Positions 1 to 11,301 of a DNA stretch of 20,000 nt are shown one piece after another; the first letter of the stretch is position 1; every line of letters begins with the position of its first letter. The notes under the pieces were generated by a model. That model ran no database searches and was not told the DNA's origin. It saw only the letters and a program-made list of their open reading frames with translations. A program made the translations under genes and the position numbers. Where the stretch lies: IMG/VR virus record IMGVR_UViG_3300010354_009789, one strand, 5' to 3'. The stretch is from an uncultured virus (IMG/VR IMGVR_UViG_3300010354_009789) (lineage: Duplodnaviria; Heunggongvirae; Uroviricota; Caudoviricetes).

Positions 1-3000
1 AATTTGTGCAAAATCCCCAGCGAAGAATGATGAAATTCCAGATAGAGTAATTACCTCTGCTGCACTTGAAGCTGGTGATGAAAGTGATGATGTGATTGCA
101 GTTGATACGACTGGTGATTGGATGACGTTATCGAGGGAAATAATACACCTACTATTTTGTCTAATAGAAGTTAGAAGATGTTCCGTACCCACCCCAACAT
201 CAGTAATTGTAAGGTTTACGAAGTTTAGAGCATCTGCGGCAGTTGCTGCAAATTTGAATGTTGAATTGTCATTTTTAATAATGTAAACAGATGTTGGTAA
301 TTTATTTGTTGTCCCTACTCCTACTATTGAAGTTGTTGCAATTCCTATTGGAGAACCAGTATCTCCTGGATCGTAGACAATCTCTTCTCCTGTACTAAAG
401 AAGTGGTTTGGTAGAAATATTGATGAATTTGATGCTATTATATCTTGTGCCGGATTAATCACTTTTTGGAATAATGGATATCCATCATAATACAGATCAA
501 ATGATTTCTTACGGGCCAACTCTGTTCCAGTGAATGTCCCATTCGTGTAGTCGATCGTTGATGTGGATCCAAGATTTACATCATTATCAACAATTGTACT
601 TCTTGACGGACCAAGAGCAAACTGTATAACCCTAACATCTGCATTAATTCCAGGTGCTGGAACAAATGTCAATTCGGTGACAGTGGTTATGCCAGCACTT
701 ATAGTTCCCAATCCAGCGTTTGTTGCCAATGAAGCAAATTCCAATACCTGAGTATCAGTATCATCAGATGTAACCAGAACTTCTGATGTTTGATATTCAT
801 TATTTGTGGTGTCATGCACGAGAACAATATAATAAGCACCTCGATAGAAACTTGTGTATTGTGCAACTTTTGTTGGGAGGGTTGTCGATGCAATAGAAGT
901 GTGTGAGGTCTCAACAATGGCACCTGGGAAGATGGTTGAACCAACACTAGTAGAAGAACCCGATATTGCTATTGTATCAATATTGAATTCATAATCTACA
1001 GCAGTTGTAGTATTAGGAATAAACCACAAATCCAACCCAGATGGGGAGATATTTGCCATATATGTTCCCAATCCAACCTCAGCCGGTGAGCTCGAAGAGG
1101 CTAGATTATTAAATTCCAATTGAATGATATCGGTGTCGTCATGAACTATAGAAACCTCACTATATTCAAAATATGATTGAGCGTTATTCGAGATTTGAAT
1201 CATGAACTTCGCTGCTCTATATGTTGATGCAATGCCAACAACACTATTAGTTGTTCCCGCTCCGGCACCGGCAGAAATGGTTGTTGAGGATGACCTCATA
1301 TCAACACACCCAAGTCCATAATATCCAGTTGTTGCCCCAGAATCATTCAATACAAGGGACACCCCACTCATCTCATAATCATTAACTTCTGATTTAATTG
1401 GATAGAAGAGTAGTTCGTTATTTCCATCAATATATCGATAATCAAAATCACCAAGATCAGTATCACTATAAACCTTTCCATATTGGTTGATATAACCCTG
1501 AGTATTGTATTGAAGAAGAGTTACTAATTGTACCTGTCTCTGAGTATCAAAGTTTGCAGATCTGTCTCCAACCCACATCATATATTTTTTCGTTCTTCCG
1601 GTTGAGAATCTATCAGCCACTCCGTAATTTTCAACACCGGCAGCATTCGTAAATTCGTCGCTAATATCATCGATTAGCAAAACTCTATTTGATACTGCTT
1701 GAATATAATCCTGAATTACTTTGGTTTTAAATAAAATTTGATCAGATTTTAGATAATTATCTATATTCAGCACAGTTTCTGTGGCAAGATCAAAATCATA
1801 AACTGTATTCACATTAACATCAGATATTAAATCTGCAAAGACTATAACATCACCATTACCTTGTGATGTCTGAATGCCACTAGTAACATCATCTATAGAT
1901 GATTCAACTTGAAGATCGCTGAATTTTTTAAATCCTGCAGTATGATTTAAATTGCTTACTGCGTCATCCCATTTTGCAATTTCAATTTCGGACTTCAGAG
2001 AATATGAGAAATATTGATAATAATCACTGTCATGAATTCTCTGCAATGTATCATTAAGGAATCCGGTATTGCTATTCCATCCCTTAGTAACAATTGATGA
2101 TGCACCTATGTCAAAATTTGAATCATATGTGAAAACTTCTGTAATTTCAACTTCCAATCCAGTAACGCGAGATGTTAGTAAATCACCTGGATAAAAATTA
2201 TCAACAGACGATACCTTCAAATATTCATTAACATCATCCCAATAAATGACCGTTCCAACATTTAATCCAGAGATGACGGTTTCTCCCGGAGAGAATACTC
2301 CCTTTGTCAATGTCCAATTAAATACAGGGAACTCCTCATCAAGAATCACCTTTCCATAGGATTCTAATGCATTAAATGTTCCTGGCACATCTGATCCACT
2401 TAAATAATTGCTCAGATTGTATGTGATTGATGGATTAAGTCCTCCATAATCTGGATCTATATCAGTAATTGTAAACAGAGAATAATTATAATTTGCTGAA
2501 TTGTATCCCTTTCCTGTTTGCGTAACTACAATGTTGCCAAATCTATCTTCAGTGGTAATTCCAACTGACGTATTTTCAATTAGAATTTTCTTTCCAATAG
2601 CAAATGGAAACTGTGATGGAACGCTGTATGTAGATGCTAGTGAAACTACAACATCCTTACTTAAATCATTGAATTCAATTGTTTTGATTTTTGTTCCATT
2701 GATGTTGTCAACTGGGATAATTTTTGGTTCTCCTTGCAGACGTGATGTATTACTAATAATATTAACATTGGTATCCCCAACTTTATAATCTAATTCAACC
2801 TCATACAAATATGTGTCATTTTTTGTGTCAATAACTACTAGATTTGGTGCAATAGTATAGTTTCTTCCGGAAGATGTGATACCAATTGATTCAAATGAAT
2901 ATGCTGGATTTACCTTTAAAACATTTGGAAGAGTGGTTGTTGGTCTCAGAGATGCATCTGATGAATAATCATATCCAATATTGGAGAATGAGACCTTATT

Positions 3001-6000
3001 CAAGGTTCCAATACTATCACTATTGACAATTAGGACTGCATTTTTACCAAAATCCGTGTCAATTGATGATATTTTGGGTAGATATTTGTAATTATTACCT
3101 CCGGAATTTATCTTAATTGATGCAATAGATCCAAATCCAGTTGGAGAATTAGTTGTATAACTGATGAAAGTATTGGTTACATCTGAAACAGTGTAAGAAT
3201 CTACTTCCGGAGTTTTTCTAAACTGGAAATCAAAAGTTGTAGTAGTGGGAGTATCCTTGATCAAATATGAACCACTATATTGACTATTAACCAAGTTAAT
3301 GGTATTGTTGCCAGAAACCTCTTTATCCACAGTCACTGGAACATCAGTAAGTGTATTTTGTGACAGATTGATAGGATCAATTAGATAATAAAGTATCTTT
3401 GGAACCTCATCATTTATTGATAGAGTGACCTTGGCATCTATATCTACTCCAATATCCCCAGTTTTTGTAACTTCAAATGTGGAAGATGATTTAGTTGATA
3501 GAAACTTATTTTCAAATTCGCCATCAGTATATAAGTTAAATTCAAACGCACTCAGATTTGATAGTCCAAGTATATAAGATAGTGATGAATCTGACAAATC
3601 AAACTCAACTACACTATTTTTAGTGAGAGTTAGTGGTGGATTAATCGGAGAAATTGTGCCCAAATCTTCCGATGTTATATCCACAGAAATGTCATTTAGG
3701 GATTCATAGCGGCTATTTGCAAGTTTAATTGTGTTGTTGTTGACAACAATTACATAATAAATTGTATCATCTATTAGACCACCTGGAGCTGATATTGAAT
3801 TAAAGATGATTTTCTGTGCTGTGACAAACCCATGATTATGGATCCTAATTTCATCTGTGACAGAATTGACATCAGAGGAGATAAAATCAACTGGATTAGC
3901 AACCATTCTATTGTGTCTTGAGTTATACTTAATAACAATAGATGTCGTGATTCCAGATGTGACTGTTAGATTAATCCGATCTGCAACATTTAGACCATGA
4001 GTTGATGCAGTAGATACTGTAACTGTTCTCTTTGTCGCACTTCCAATAAGAGGATTTGGCTGGATTTTTTTGAAACTGTGGTATGTGGAAGTTCCAAATC
4101 CAGTGAAATATAGTAGACTTGCACTTGGAGTCAATCCAAGACCCACAAACGACCCGGTAGTGCCTAATCCAACTCTTACCGTCGCAATACCAATAATATC
4201 ATTTGTGATTTTAGCGGCATATACTTTAGTGTCGCTGGACAATGCATATGTTGAAACGCCAGCATTTATTGATACAATGATTCCCTGTCCACCATTTGAG
4301 TTGTAAATCAACTCATCTCCGGTATTAATATTGTGACCCGGAATATAAATGGATCTTGTTGGAATCTTTATCTGAGTAATTCCTGCACCTGGATTTGTAA
4401 ACTTAAGTGTTGAGTTAATACCAACTCCACTTTGCGTGCCCAATCCAACAGATTCTGATGGATTAAAGTAATACTCTTTATCCAGTTGTGTTGCGTATGA
4501 GGTTGTTATGCCAAAATTAATGCCAAATTTCTTAGATTTTTCTGTAAGGGCAAATCCAACTGGAAGTGATGACACACCAGAAGTTCCATTTTGATTACGA
4601 AGAACTCTAATTCTTTGCGATAAAGTATCAATATTTAAGACTTTAACTTGCTCTTGTCCAAATTGATAAATATCATTCTCTCTAACATTGGGATACTCTA
4701 GATTTCCAGTTACATTTAGATATGTAGTTATTCCAGAAATTGTCGCTGCTACAGAAACTGATGTTAAGAATAGTCTATTTTCATCATATCTTATTGCATC
4801 AAATGAAGTGTTTTCCCCTTCAATATCAATCTGAACTTCATCAAGATTGGTGAGATTATGAATTGTCGATGAAAATCCAACAAATTTATATGGTTGATTT
4901 GGTGACGCCTTAATGAACTGAATGTTGGATGTAACTGTAGATGCTAGGCTTATTTGAGATACATTTTTACCATTGATTAGATCAATCTCAGCAGCCGCAC
5001 CATTACCATCGGTTCCTGAATTATCAAATACTAATTTGTCTCCTGAAGAATAGTTCTCCCCACCATCAATAATTTCAACATTGTTAATATCACCGGATCC
5101 AATATACTCCACTTTACCAAATGAGGATCTGAATACTTCCGGTCCTGGTAAAAATTCGTATGAAGTTTTTTCGGTTAAAAGTTTATACGGAGTTACGTTT
5201 CTTAGTAGACGATTTTTTGCAATATCATAAGAATTTTGATTGCTTGCAGTTAAGAAATTAAATTCGATTGGCTTTGAGTGATATGTATTTCCAATTACAT
5301 AGGGAAATTGTGGCTCTCTGAAGAATTTGAAGGGACCACTGTTGGCAAGGTTTCCTATTGTGCAGAAATATGCATATGTCCCATTTGGATATTCTGGGGT
5401 CACGCAGAATCTTCCATTATGCTCATCCAGATCTCCACTAGCATCATAAATGTAATCGTTCACAAAAAATCCAAGTGGATATTGTGATGGGCGATTTGAG
5501 TCTGCTGATACTACATAACTGGAAATCATTCTCCTTACTGATCCAGGAGTAGATGGATCTGAATATCCATATGGACCGTAGATTGGATTTCCATCATATG
5601 CCCATCCAATAATCGGGGAATGTGCTGTAGAATCCTTTTCATATCCATTATCTGCAAATGTCAAATCGGGTGTATAAGTCAATTGTCCCGAAATAAAGGA
5701 TTCACTCAATACAGTCTTTCTCAGAGACCTTGGAGCATATGCATGACAATACTGCAGACCTATCTCCGAATTTAATCCCTGATCAATAATTCCATCATCA
5801 TCAACTATATTTTTCTTTTCAATCAATCTCTTTACTAGATCAATCGTCCATGATTTAATCACTGCTTGGAATTTGGATCCCTGTCCAGTAGTTGCAACTG
5901 TAATTGACGTGTCATTAATCTTATAATCGCGTCCAGTATCAACGATTGAAACGCCAACAATTACTCCGTTCTGGACTATTGGAGTCAATTTTGCTCCAGA

Positions 6001-9000
6001 TCCAGATTTGGAATTGACAGTTAAAATTGGATTTGTGTTATAATTCTTTCCGCCATTTGCAATAACAACGTTTGTAATTTTGCCACCAGAAATAATAGGG
6101 GTAATTTGGGCATTTGTGCCAGAAACTATGCTGAAATTTGGTTGACGATTATGATTGAGAATTCCGGCCGATCCATAATTTGATCCATTGTTGGTCAAAT
6201 GAACGCCATATATTTCTCCAGAAAAGATCGGAATCAATTTCGCATTAAAATCCTGTCCAGATTCCGTGGACACACCAATCCTACCCCTCACATTTAATGT
6301 AATTGGCTCATAATTAAACTCATGATATCCAGATCCAGATGAAGTTATGTCAACATGTTGCTTAGAGTTGTAATAAAATGCAAATGCAGTAACTCCAGTT
6401 CCAACAGATGACAATCTGATCTGATCCTCATTAACTGCGGTTACAAAGTAACTTGTTCCAGAAACAAGTCCTCCGATCGGAGTTGCTGATGGATAATAAA
6501 CTATTTTTTCCCCACTCTTGTATCCATGAGATTGAATATTTAAAATATTAGCAGTGACATCAACATCTGCTGGTGTGCATCTAACCTTTCTTGTTTTATA
6601 TCCGGATCCAGGATCTGATATGGTTATAGAACCAATTTTTTTCTTTTTAATGGTTGATGTGAATGACTGCAAACCATAACCAAGGGAATCTAAAGATACT
6701 GTGTTAATTCCAGATGCCGCATCAGATAGTGATTTGTGGAGACAAATTTTGGTACCACTGTGTCCAGATGGGAACGAAATGTAGTATGTTGAATTTGTGG
6801 TCAGTCCACTAACAATTTGCTGATTTTCTGGATTATAAATTACCTGTTCATAATTTCTGAATCCATGATACGTGGAAAAACCAATAACATCAGTTGTTGT
6901 ATTGACTCCAGATGCTGATGATGAATTAAAAAATACTTTATGCGAAAATTCAATTAGATTTGCAATTGCTCTTGCACCTGATCCAGCACCACCAGTCAAT
7001 TCGATGACTGGATTCTCAATGAAGTCAAAACCGGGATTTTGAATGTCAACTCTAGATAATGATCCAGAAATTGACAAGTTGCCAGTTGCCCCAACACCAG
7101 ATGGATCGCTGATAATAAGTGTTGGTGGACTGATAATATCGTATCCAGTTCCACCAGCGGTTACTGCAACATCATCAATTGGACCATGATACACAAAGTT
7201 TCTGGATTTGTAATTGATAATTTCAACCCCATTAATAAATATACCAATCTGTCCAGAAGGAGTTGTGTGCTCAGAATTGTCAAATTCTGGATTGGAGATT
7301 TTTCTTATTAATCTTTGAGATTCTACTGGTTGTTTCTGTAAATTTCGGAAAGAGAAATCAGTTAATTCTATTCTACTTTCATATCCAGGATTGATGGTTC
7401 CGGAGAATGATACATAGTATCCATCATTTCCTGTAAGATCCGCATTGAAAATATTATCACGTGATTTTGCAAGGCGAATCGATGTAGGGGAAATTACTCT
7501 TACAAAATAAATTCCCTCAGATGTGATTGAATTATCCTCATTCGCGGGCCTGTAGATTACAGAATCTCCGGTATAGAATGAATGTTCTGATTGGAAAACC
7601 AGATCCTTTCCATTAAATGTTCCGGAAAATTCTATAGATCTATCCTCAAGATCCAAATTTTGTCCTAGGTATGTTGGAATTGAGGCAGATGTTACATACA
7701 ATTCATCCTTGTCAGTTTCGCTACAATAAACATTCTGTACATTTGTATTGTATTGTATAATTTCTGGATATCTAACCGGATCATTGACTGCTGCCTTAAG
7801 CAAATTATTCTTAATGGACTTAATTCTGTCTTTATTTGGAATCAAACCATTCTGAGTCACCTGAACAGTATTCTGATTAATGATGGATGAAACATATCCA
7901 CCTGTAAATGTGGACCCATCGGTTGCAATAAAAGTGACCTGATTTCCTAATTTAAAGTCATGATCGTCAAATGTAGAAACCGTATAGATGAAAGACGTTC
8001 CTGAAGGATCTGATATTGAGGAAATATCGTAAACAACTGGAATATTAAAAATCCAATTATTTGCTTTTTTTGAAGTCAGGTTTTCACCAAGACTTTTAAT
8101 GTTAATTCTATCTCCCGGAGAAAGTTGGACTGGTGGGTTTCCGGGTATTGTCAAATTGGAAATTACACCATTTACCCTAACTTCTATTTTTTCCCTCTCT
8201 AATCCACCATATCCATACACATAAATTTCCTTTCCTCCTACCGAATGGAGTTTAATTTCGGAATTTATTGGGATATTATCTACAATTCCACTACACCCAA
8301 AGAATTGTGTCGTTGATTTTGATGTATAATTGATGTAAATCGTTGCTGTATTGTCAAGATCTACTCTGAGTTGTCCTGATTCCGGGAACCCAATTGTGGA
8401 ATCAACATCTAATACAGTATTTCCGGCAGATGCCTCAGAAATATTTTTAGTTTTGGGGTGAATTGAAAATGCACCAGCAATTGTACCACTGGATACGTTA
8501 ATGTCTCTATTGTAATCGGAGTCTAAACTAAGAATATAAAATTCTCTATCTCCCCTTAAAATGCGTTCTACTTGAGTTACAGCACCACTTGCTCTAAAGA
8601 TGAAGTCATTTTCATCTTGAAAAATGGTAGAATTTAATAATTTTTCTGGATTTCCAGAAATTGCCTCTACTACGAGGTCTTTTGTGATTCTAAATTCAGC
8701 GTCAGATGGTTCAATTAGAAAATCCCTTGGGCGAATCAGATCTACATTTTTGCCATATAGGGCATTAAAAAGGATTTTAAATGAAACCTCAGTTCCTTTT
8801 GATGAATAAAAATCTTTAATATGTGAGAGGAATATTTCTTCGTTCAGATCCTCTGCAAGTTCTCTTTTCTTAAATCCTGGAGCAATTAGTGCCTTAATCT
8901 TGATTAGGAACTCTTGTAGGAATAAAATACTTAGATTTTTAACTTCTGCTTGATTTTCATGACTTGCTGCAACAGTCTCTGAAAAAACCAACTCGTCAGG

Positions 9001-9387
9001 AATGTTTGATTCCAAAGACGAAACACCACTAAATCCACGAGTGCACCCGTCAAAATAAGTGGATTCTTTAGTTTGATATAGAATAATTTCATCGTCAATT
9101 TGAATTAATCCATAGCGATCTGGAAAACCTCCTGTGGATTCAACATAAATCCTATCGGTTACGGTACTTACGTCAGATGTAAGTATAGTTGAACTCACTA
9201 CATTTGTTACTACATCAAGAGATACATGCTTATCAATATTATGGAGAAGATCTAATGGACCTCCAGAATACTCATTAGCTATGTAATATTGTCTTAGAAA
9301 TTCCTCAGCATATGGGAATTCCTCTTTGATGAAGTCAGGAAGTTGACTTTCAAGAATTGAACTTATCTTAATTCTAGTATCGTTCAT
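1..9387 (-). CDS. gp7: Giant baseplate wedge initiator (T4 gp7-like, cyanophage type), 3' end beyond window (>=3129 aa)
   Basis: ATG at 9387, 3 nt after the gp6 stop, reads MNDTRIKISSILESQLPDFIKEEFP...HIKDFYSSKGTEVSFKILFNALYG, typical of the gp7 N-terminus. The same frame reads sensibly where spot-checked, down to base 1 (IISLDNVIQSPVVSTAITSSL). The ORF track lists no stop-terminated ORF from this ATG, consistent with no internal stop. Synteny is gp25-gp6-gp7. Confidence 0.88.
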   Translation of the reverse strand, partial: MNDTRIKISSILESQLPDFIKEEFPYAEEFLRQYYIANEYSGGPLDLLHNIDKHVSLDVVTNVVSSTILTSDVSTVTDRIYVESTGGFPDRYGLIQIDDEIILYQTKESTYFDGCTRGFSGVSSLESNIPDELVFSETVAASHENQAEVKNLSILFLQEFLIKIKALIAPGFKKRELAEDLNEEIFLSHIKDFYSSKGTEVSFKILFNALYGKNVDLIRPRDFLIEPSDAEFRITKDLVVEAISGNPEKLLNSTIFQDENDFIFRASGAVTQVERILRGDREFYILSLDSDYNRDINVSSGTIAGAFSIHPKTKNISEASAGNTVLDVDSTIGFPESGQLRVDLDNTATIYINYTSKSTTQFFGCSGIVDNIPINSEIKLHSVGGKEIYVYGYGGLEREKIEVRVNGVISNLTIPGNPPVQLSPGDRINIKSLGENLTSKKANNWIFNIPVVYDISSISDPSGTSFIYTVSTFDDHDFKLGNQVTFIATDGSTFTGGYVSSIINQNTVQVTQNGLIPNKDRIKSIKNNLLKAAVNDPVRYPEIIQYNTNVQNVYCSETDKDELYVTSASIPTYLGQNLDLEDRSIEFSGTFNGKDLVFQSEHSFYTGDSVIYRPANEDNSITSEGIYFVRVISPTSIRLAKSRDNIFNADLTGNDGYYVSFSGTINPGYESRIELTDFSFRNLQKQPVESQRLIRKISNPEFDNSEHTTPSGQIGIFINGVEIINYKSRNFVYHGPIDDVAVTAGGTGYDIISPPTLIISDPSGVGATGNLSISGSLSRVDIQNPGFDFIENPVIELTGGAGSGARAIANLIEFSHKVFFNSSSASGVNTTTDVIGFSTYHGFRNYEQVIYNPENQQIVSGLTTNSTYYISFPSGHSGTKICLHKSLSDAASGINTVSLDSLGYGLQSFTSTIKKKKIGSITISDPGSGYKTRKVRCTPADVDVTANILNIQSHGYKSGEKIVYYPSATPIGGLVSGTSYFVTAVNEDQIRLSSVGTGVTAFAFYYNSKQHVDITSSGSGYHEFNYEPITLNVRGRIGVSTESGQDFNAKLIPIFSGEIYGVHLTNNGSNYGSAGILNHNRQPNFSIVSGTNAQITPIISGGKITNVVIANGGKNYNTNPILTVNSKSGSGAKLTPIVQNGVIVGVSIVDTGRDYKINDTSITVATTGQGSKFQAVIKSWTIDLVKRLIEKKNIVDDDGIIDQGLNSEIGLQYCHAYAPRSLRKTVLSESFISGQLTYTPDLTFADNGYEKDSTAHSPIIGWAYDGNPIYGPYGYSDPSTPGSVRRMISSYVVSADSNRPSQYPLGFFVNDYIYDASGDLDEHNGRFCVTPEYPNGTYAYFCTIGNLANSGPFKFFREPQFPYVIGNTYHSKPIEFNFLTASNQNSYDIAKNRLLRNVTPYKLLTEKTSYEFLPGPEVFRSSFGKVEYIGSGDINNVEIIDGGENYSSGDKLVFDNSGTDGNGAAAEIDLINGKNVSQISLASTVTSNIQFIKASPNQPYKFVGFSSTIHNLTNLDEVQIDIEGENTSFDAIRYDENRLFLTSVSVAATISGITTYLNVTGNLEYPNVRENDIYQFGQEQVKVLNIDTLSQRIRVLRNQNGTSGVSSLPVGFALTEKSKKFGINFGITTSYATQLDKEYYFNPSESVGLGTQSGVGINSTLKFTNPGAGITQIKIPTRSIYIPGHNINTGDELIYNSNGGQGIIVSINAGVSTYALSSDTKVYAAKITNDIIGIATVRVGLGTTGSFVGLGLTPSASLLYFTGFGTSTYHSFKKIQPNPLIGSATKRTVTVSTASTHGLNVADRINLTVTSGITTSIVIKYNSRHNRMVANPVDFISSDVNSVTDEIRIHNHGFVTAQKIIFNSISAPGGLIDDTIYYVIVVNNNTIKLANSRYESLNDISVDITSEDLGTISPINPPLTLTKNSVVEFDLSDSSLSYILGLSNLSAFEFNLYTDGEFENKFLSTKSSSTFEVTKTGDIGVDIDAKVTLSINDEVPKILYYLIDPINLSQNTLTDVPVTVDKEVSGNNTINLVNSQYSGSYLIKDTPTTTTFDFQFRKTPEVDSYTVSDVTNTFISYTTNSPTGFGSIASIKINSGGNNYKYLPKISSIDTDFGKNAVLIVNSDSIGTLNKVSFSNIGYDYSSDASLRPTTTLPNVLKVNPAYSFESIGITSSGRNYTIAPNLVVIDTKNDTYLYEVELDYKVGDTNVNIISNTSRLQGEPKIIPVDNINGTKIKTIEFNDLSKDVVVSLASTYSVPSQFPFAIGKKILIENTSVGITTEDRFGNIVVTQTGKGYNSANYNYSLFTITDIDPDYGGLNPSITYNLSNYLSGSDVPGTFNALESYGKVILDEEFPVFNWTLTKGVFSPGETVISGLNVGTVIYWDDVNEYLKVSSVDNFYPGDLLTSRVTGLEVEITEVFTYDSNFDIGASSIVTKGWNSNTGFLNDTLQRIHDSDYYQYFSYSLKSEIEIAKWDDAVSNLNHTAGFKKFSDLQVESSIDDVTSGIQTSQGNGDVIVFADLISDVNVNTVYDFDLATETVLNIDNYLKSDQILFKTKVIQDYIQAVSNRVLLIDDISDEFTNAAGVENYGVADRFSTGRTKKYMMWVGDRSANFDTQRQVQLVTLLQYNTQGYINQYGKVYSDTDLGDFDYRYIDGNNELLFYPIKSEVNDYEMSGVSLVLNDSGATTGYYGLGCVDMRSSSTTISAGAGAGTTNSVVGIASTYRAAKFMIQISNNAQSYFEYSEVSIVHDDTDIIQLEFNNLASSSSPAEVGLGTYMANISPSGLDLWFIPNTTTAVDYEFNIDTIAISGSSTSVGSTIFPGAIVETSHTSIASTTLPTKVAQYTSFYRGAYYIVLVHDTTNNEYQTSEVLVTSDDTDTQVLEFASLATNAGLGTISAGITTVTELTFVPAPGINADVRVIQFALGPSRSTIVDNDVNLGSTSTIDYTNGTFTGTELARKKSFDLYYDGYPLFQKVINPAQDIIASNSSIFLPNHFFSTGEEIVYDPGDTGSPIGIATTSIVGVGTTNKLPTSVYIIKNDNSTFKFAATAADALNFVNLTITDVGVGTEHLLTSIRQNSRCIISLDNVIQSPVVSTAITSSLSSPASSAAEVITLSGISSFFAGDFAQI

Positions 9388-9390
9388 TGC

Positions 9391-11301
9391 TTATAGTCTG
9401 ACGAGTGCACCGTTTGAGTAACTTGAAGTAACCGTATAGGTTGAACCAGAAAAATCTGATCCTGATGTAATCGGATCTGCCAGCATATTGACAGAAGTGT
9501 TATTAATATCTAGCTGCAAATAAAGATCCTGTAATCCAATCACATCATTTGATTTTGGCGAAACCGAAATTTCAACTATTGAGTCTGCCGAATCAAATTT
9601 TGTAGTTTCAATGATATTTAATGGGTATAAAATAATCTCACCTTTTTCATAATCTACGATTCCGGCATTCTTTCTAACTATGGTTCCAACGCCACCACTA
9701 GCATCAAGTTTAAAGAATATAATTTTTCCGGTCTTCAGATCTGCGTTTGGCACATCAGTTAAGTATACAAAATCATAAACTCCACTTACCTTAAATCCAG
9801 ACGACTTGATATTGTATCCATTAATGTTCTTTACGTGGAAAGCATTACCGTAACAAATTTCATAGTCGGCATATTTTCCAAGCTCAATGCGAAGATCCCT
9901 TCTCATCGCTAAAGTTGTGATGTTTGATGTTACAGATACATCACTATCATCAATAAGTTTGAGGAATTTGCTATACTTGAATCTTGCACCATAGCGATTT
10001 AGTTCAGTTGAATCCGCATATCTTTCGATATTTTTAATAATCTTAGTTCGAACGGCACTTGAACTCAGACTTGTATTTGTGTTGTAATACGCTGTGCAAT
10101 CAACCTCAACATAGAGATATTTGAGGTCTAGTATCTCTGGCACAATCCCAGCAACAGAATACTTGCGAAGTGTTCTCTTGAGATTATCTTTAATTGATGA
10201 TGGAATATACGTGCCATTAATTGGTTTGATGGTAATAAAAACCTTTCCGAATTGTGGTGGGTTTAGATCTTCACCACCAAATACTGAGATTGATTCGGTC
10301 TCTGGGAAAATGATTGGAATGATTGATTCATAATCAGTTGCAGTAACTGCTCTGTTATGAGCTTCATAAATTTTTGGTGCATATTTGCGAATAGATTCTG
10401 CACTTTCAATGGGTGTTCCAAATCTTGAAGATGTGTCAGCAGTAAGTACGGAAATTCCGGCAGAAATTACTGTATCGTTATTATCGCGCAATCTGCCATT
10501 AAATGTAAATCCAGCAACTCCATTTCCACTTTCTCCATTTGACACATGATATGAAATTTCAATTCTGCTTCCATTTACTAACTTATTTCCAAAAATTCCA
10601 TCGCCAAAAATAATCTCATATCTTTCATCAGCGATTTCTTGTAGGAAATAGACTCTTGAGGTGGAATTTACATCAATCAAGTTATTTGAAAGTTGATATT
10701 TTACTCCGGTATTTGCACCAGGATCAAATACAGTAACTCTAATTAATGATGTATCAACTCCTTCGTTGTCAAGTAAAAATCTTTGATTAGGATCGTTCTC
10801 ATCAACAGTATATTCTGCGGTTACATATGACCCCTCATAGACGTAAACATTATTGAAGGATGCCACTCCAGAAACGACTGGAACGGTCACTTCATCCTGA
10901 ATGGCAAAGGTATAACTCTGCGACGCGAAACTGGCGTTGCTGGTGCATACAAGACCCTTCTGGAGGGTAATTGTAGTGGGTTTGTTCGGGGAATCCGTAG
11001 TATCTACGGTAAATGATATTGACGCTCTAGACGCTCTTCTTGAGCGTGGAAGATATCCAATTTGTTTTGCTAGGGAGACGACGTTTTCCCTTAGCGTAGC
11101 ACTGTCAATAAACACCTCATTACTCAACATATTGGCATTATATGATGAGATATAGGTGTTAAATGCTAAAACATCTATAATCGTTGATAGATTGGATCCT
11201 TCAAAATCATAATCGGAAAAATCTGAGTTTGATCTCAGATATTCTATGATTGATGATTTTATCTGATCAAAATCCAGATTTGTGAATTTTACTAGTGCCA
11301 T
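9391..11301 (-). CDS. gp6: Baseplate wedge subunit (T4 gp6-like)
   Basis: 636 aa; motifs LDFDQIK...FSDYDFEGSNLSTIIDVLAFNT...FIDSATLRENVVSLAKQIGY and ESIRKYAP...RAVTATDYE are characteristic of gp6/baseplate J-like proteins. Confidence 0.95.
   Translation of the reverse strand: MALVKFTNLDFDQIKSSIIEYLRSNSDFSDYDFEGSNLSTIIDVLAFNTYISSYNANMLSNEVFIDSATLRENVVSLAKQIGYLPRSRRASRASISFTVDTTDSPNKPTTITLQKGLVCTSNASFASQSYTFAIQDEVTVPVVSGVASFNNVYVYEGSYVTAEYTVDENDPNQRFLLDNEGVDTSLIRVTVFDPGANTGVKYQLSNNLIDVNSTSRVYFLQEIADERYEIIFGDGIFGNKLVNGSRIEISYHVSNGESGNGVAGFTFNGRLRDNNDTVISAGISVLTADTSSRFGTPIESAESIRKYAPKIYEAHNRAVTATDYESIIPIIFPETESISVFGGEDLNPPQFGKVFITIKPINGTYIPSSIKDNLKRTLRKYSVAGIVPEILDLKYLYVEVDCTAYYNTNTSLSSSAVRTKIIKNIERYADSTELNRYGARFKYSKFLKLIDDSDVSVTSNITTLAMRRDLRIELGKYADYEICYGNAFHVKNINGYNIKSSGFKVSGVYDFVYLTDVPNADLKTGKIIFFKLDASGGVGTIVRKNAGIVDYEKGEIILYPLNIIETTKFDSADSIVEISVSPKSNDVIGLQDLYLQLDINNTSVNMLADPITSGSDFSGSTYTVTSSYSNGALVRL

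Noticed and set aside
92..11155. Short plus-strand ORFs and 699..947(-) in the structural region
   Set aside because: They are shadows of gp7 and gp6 on the opposite strand or in another frame, with no recognisable motifs.
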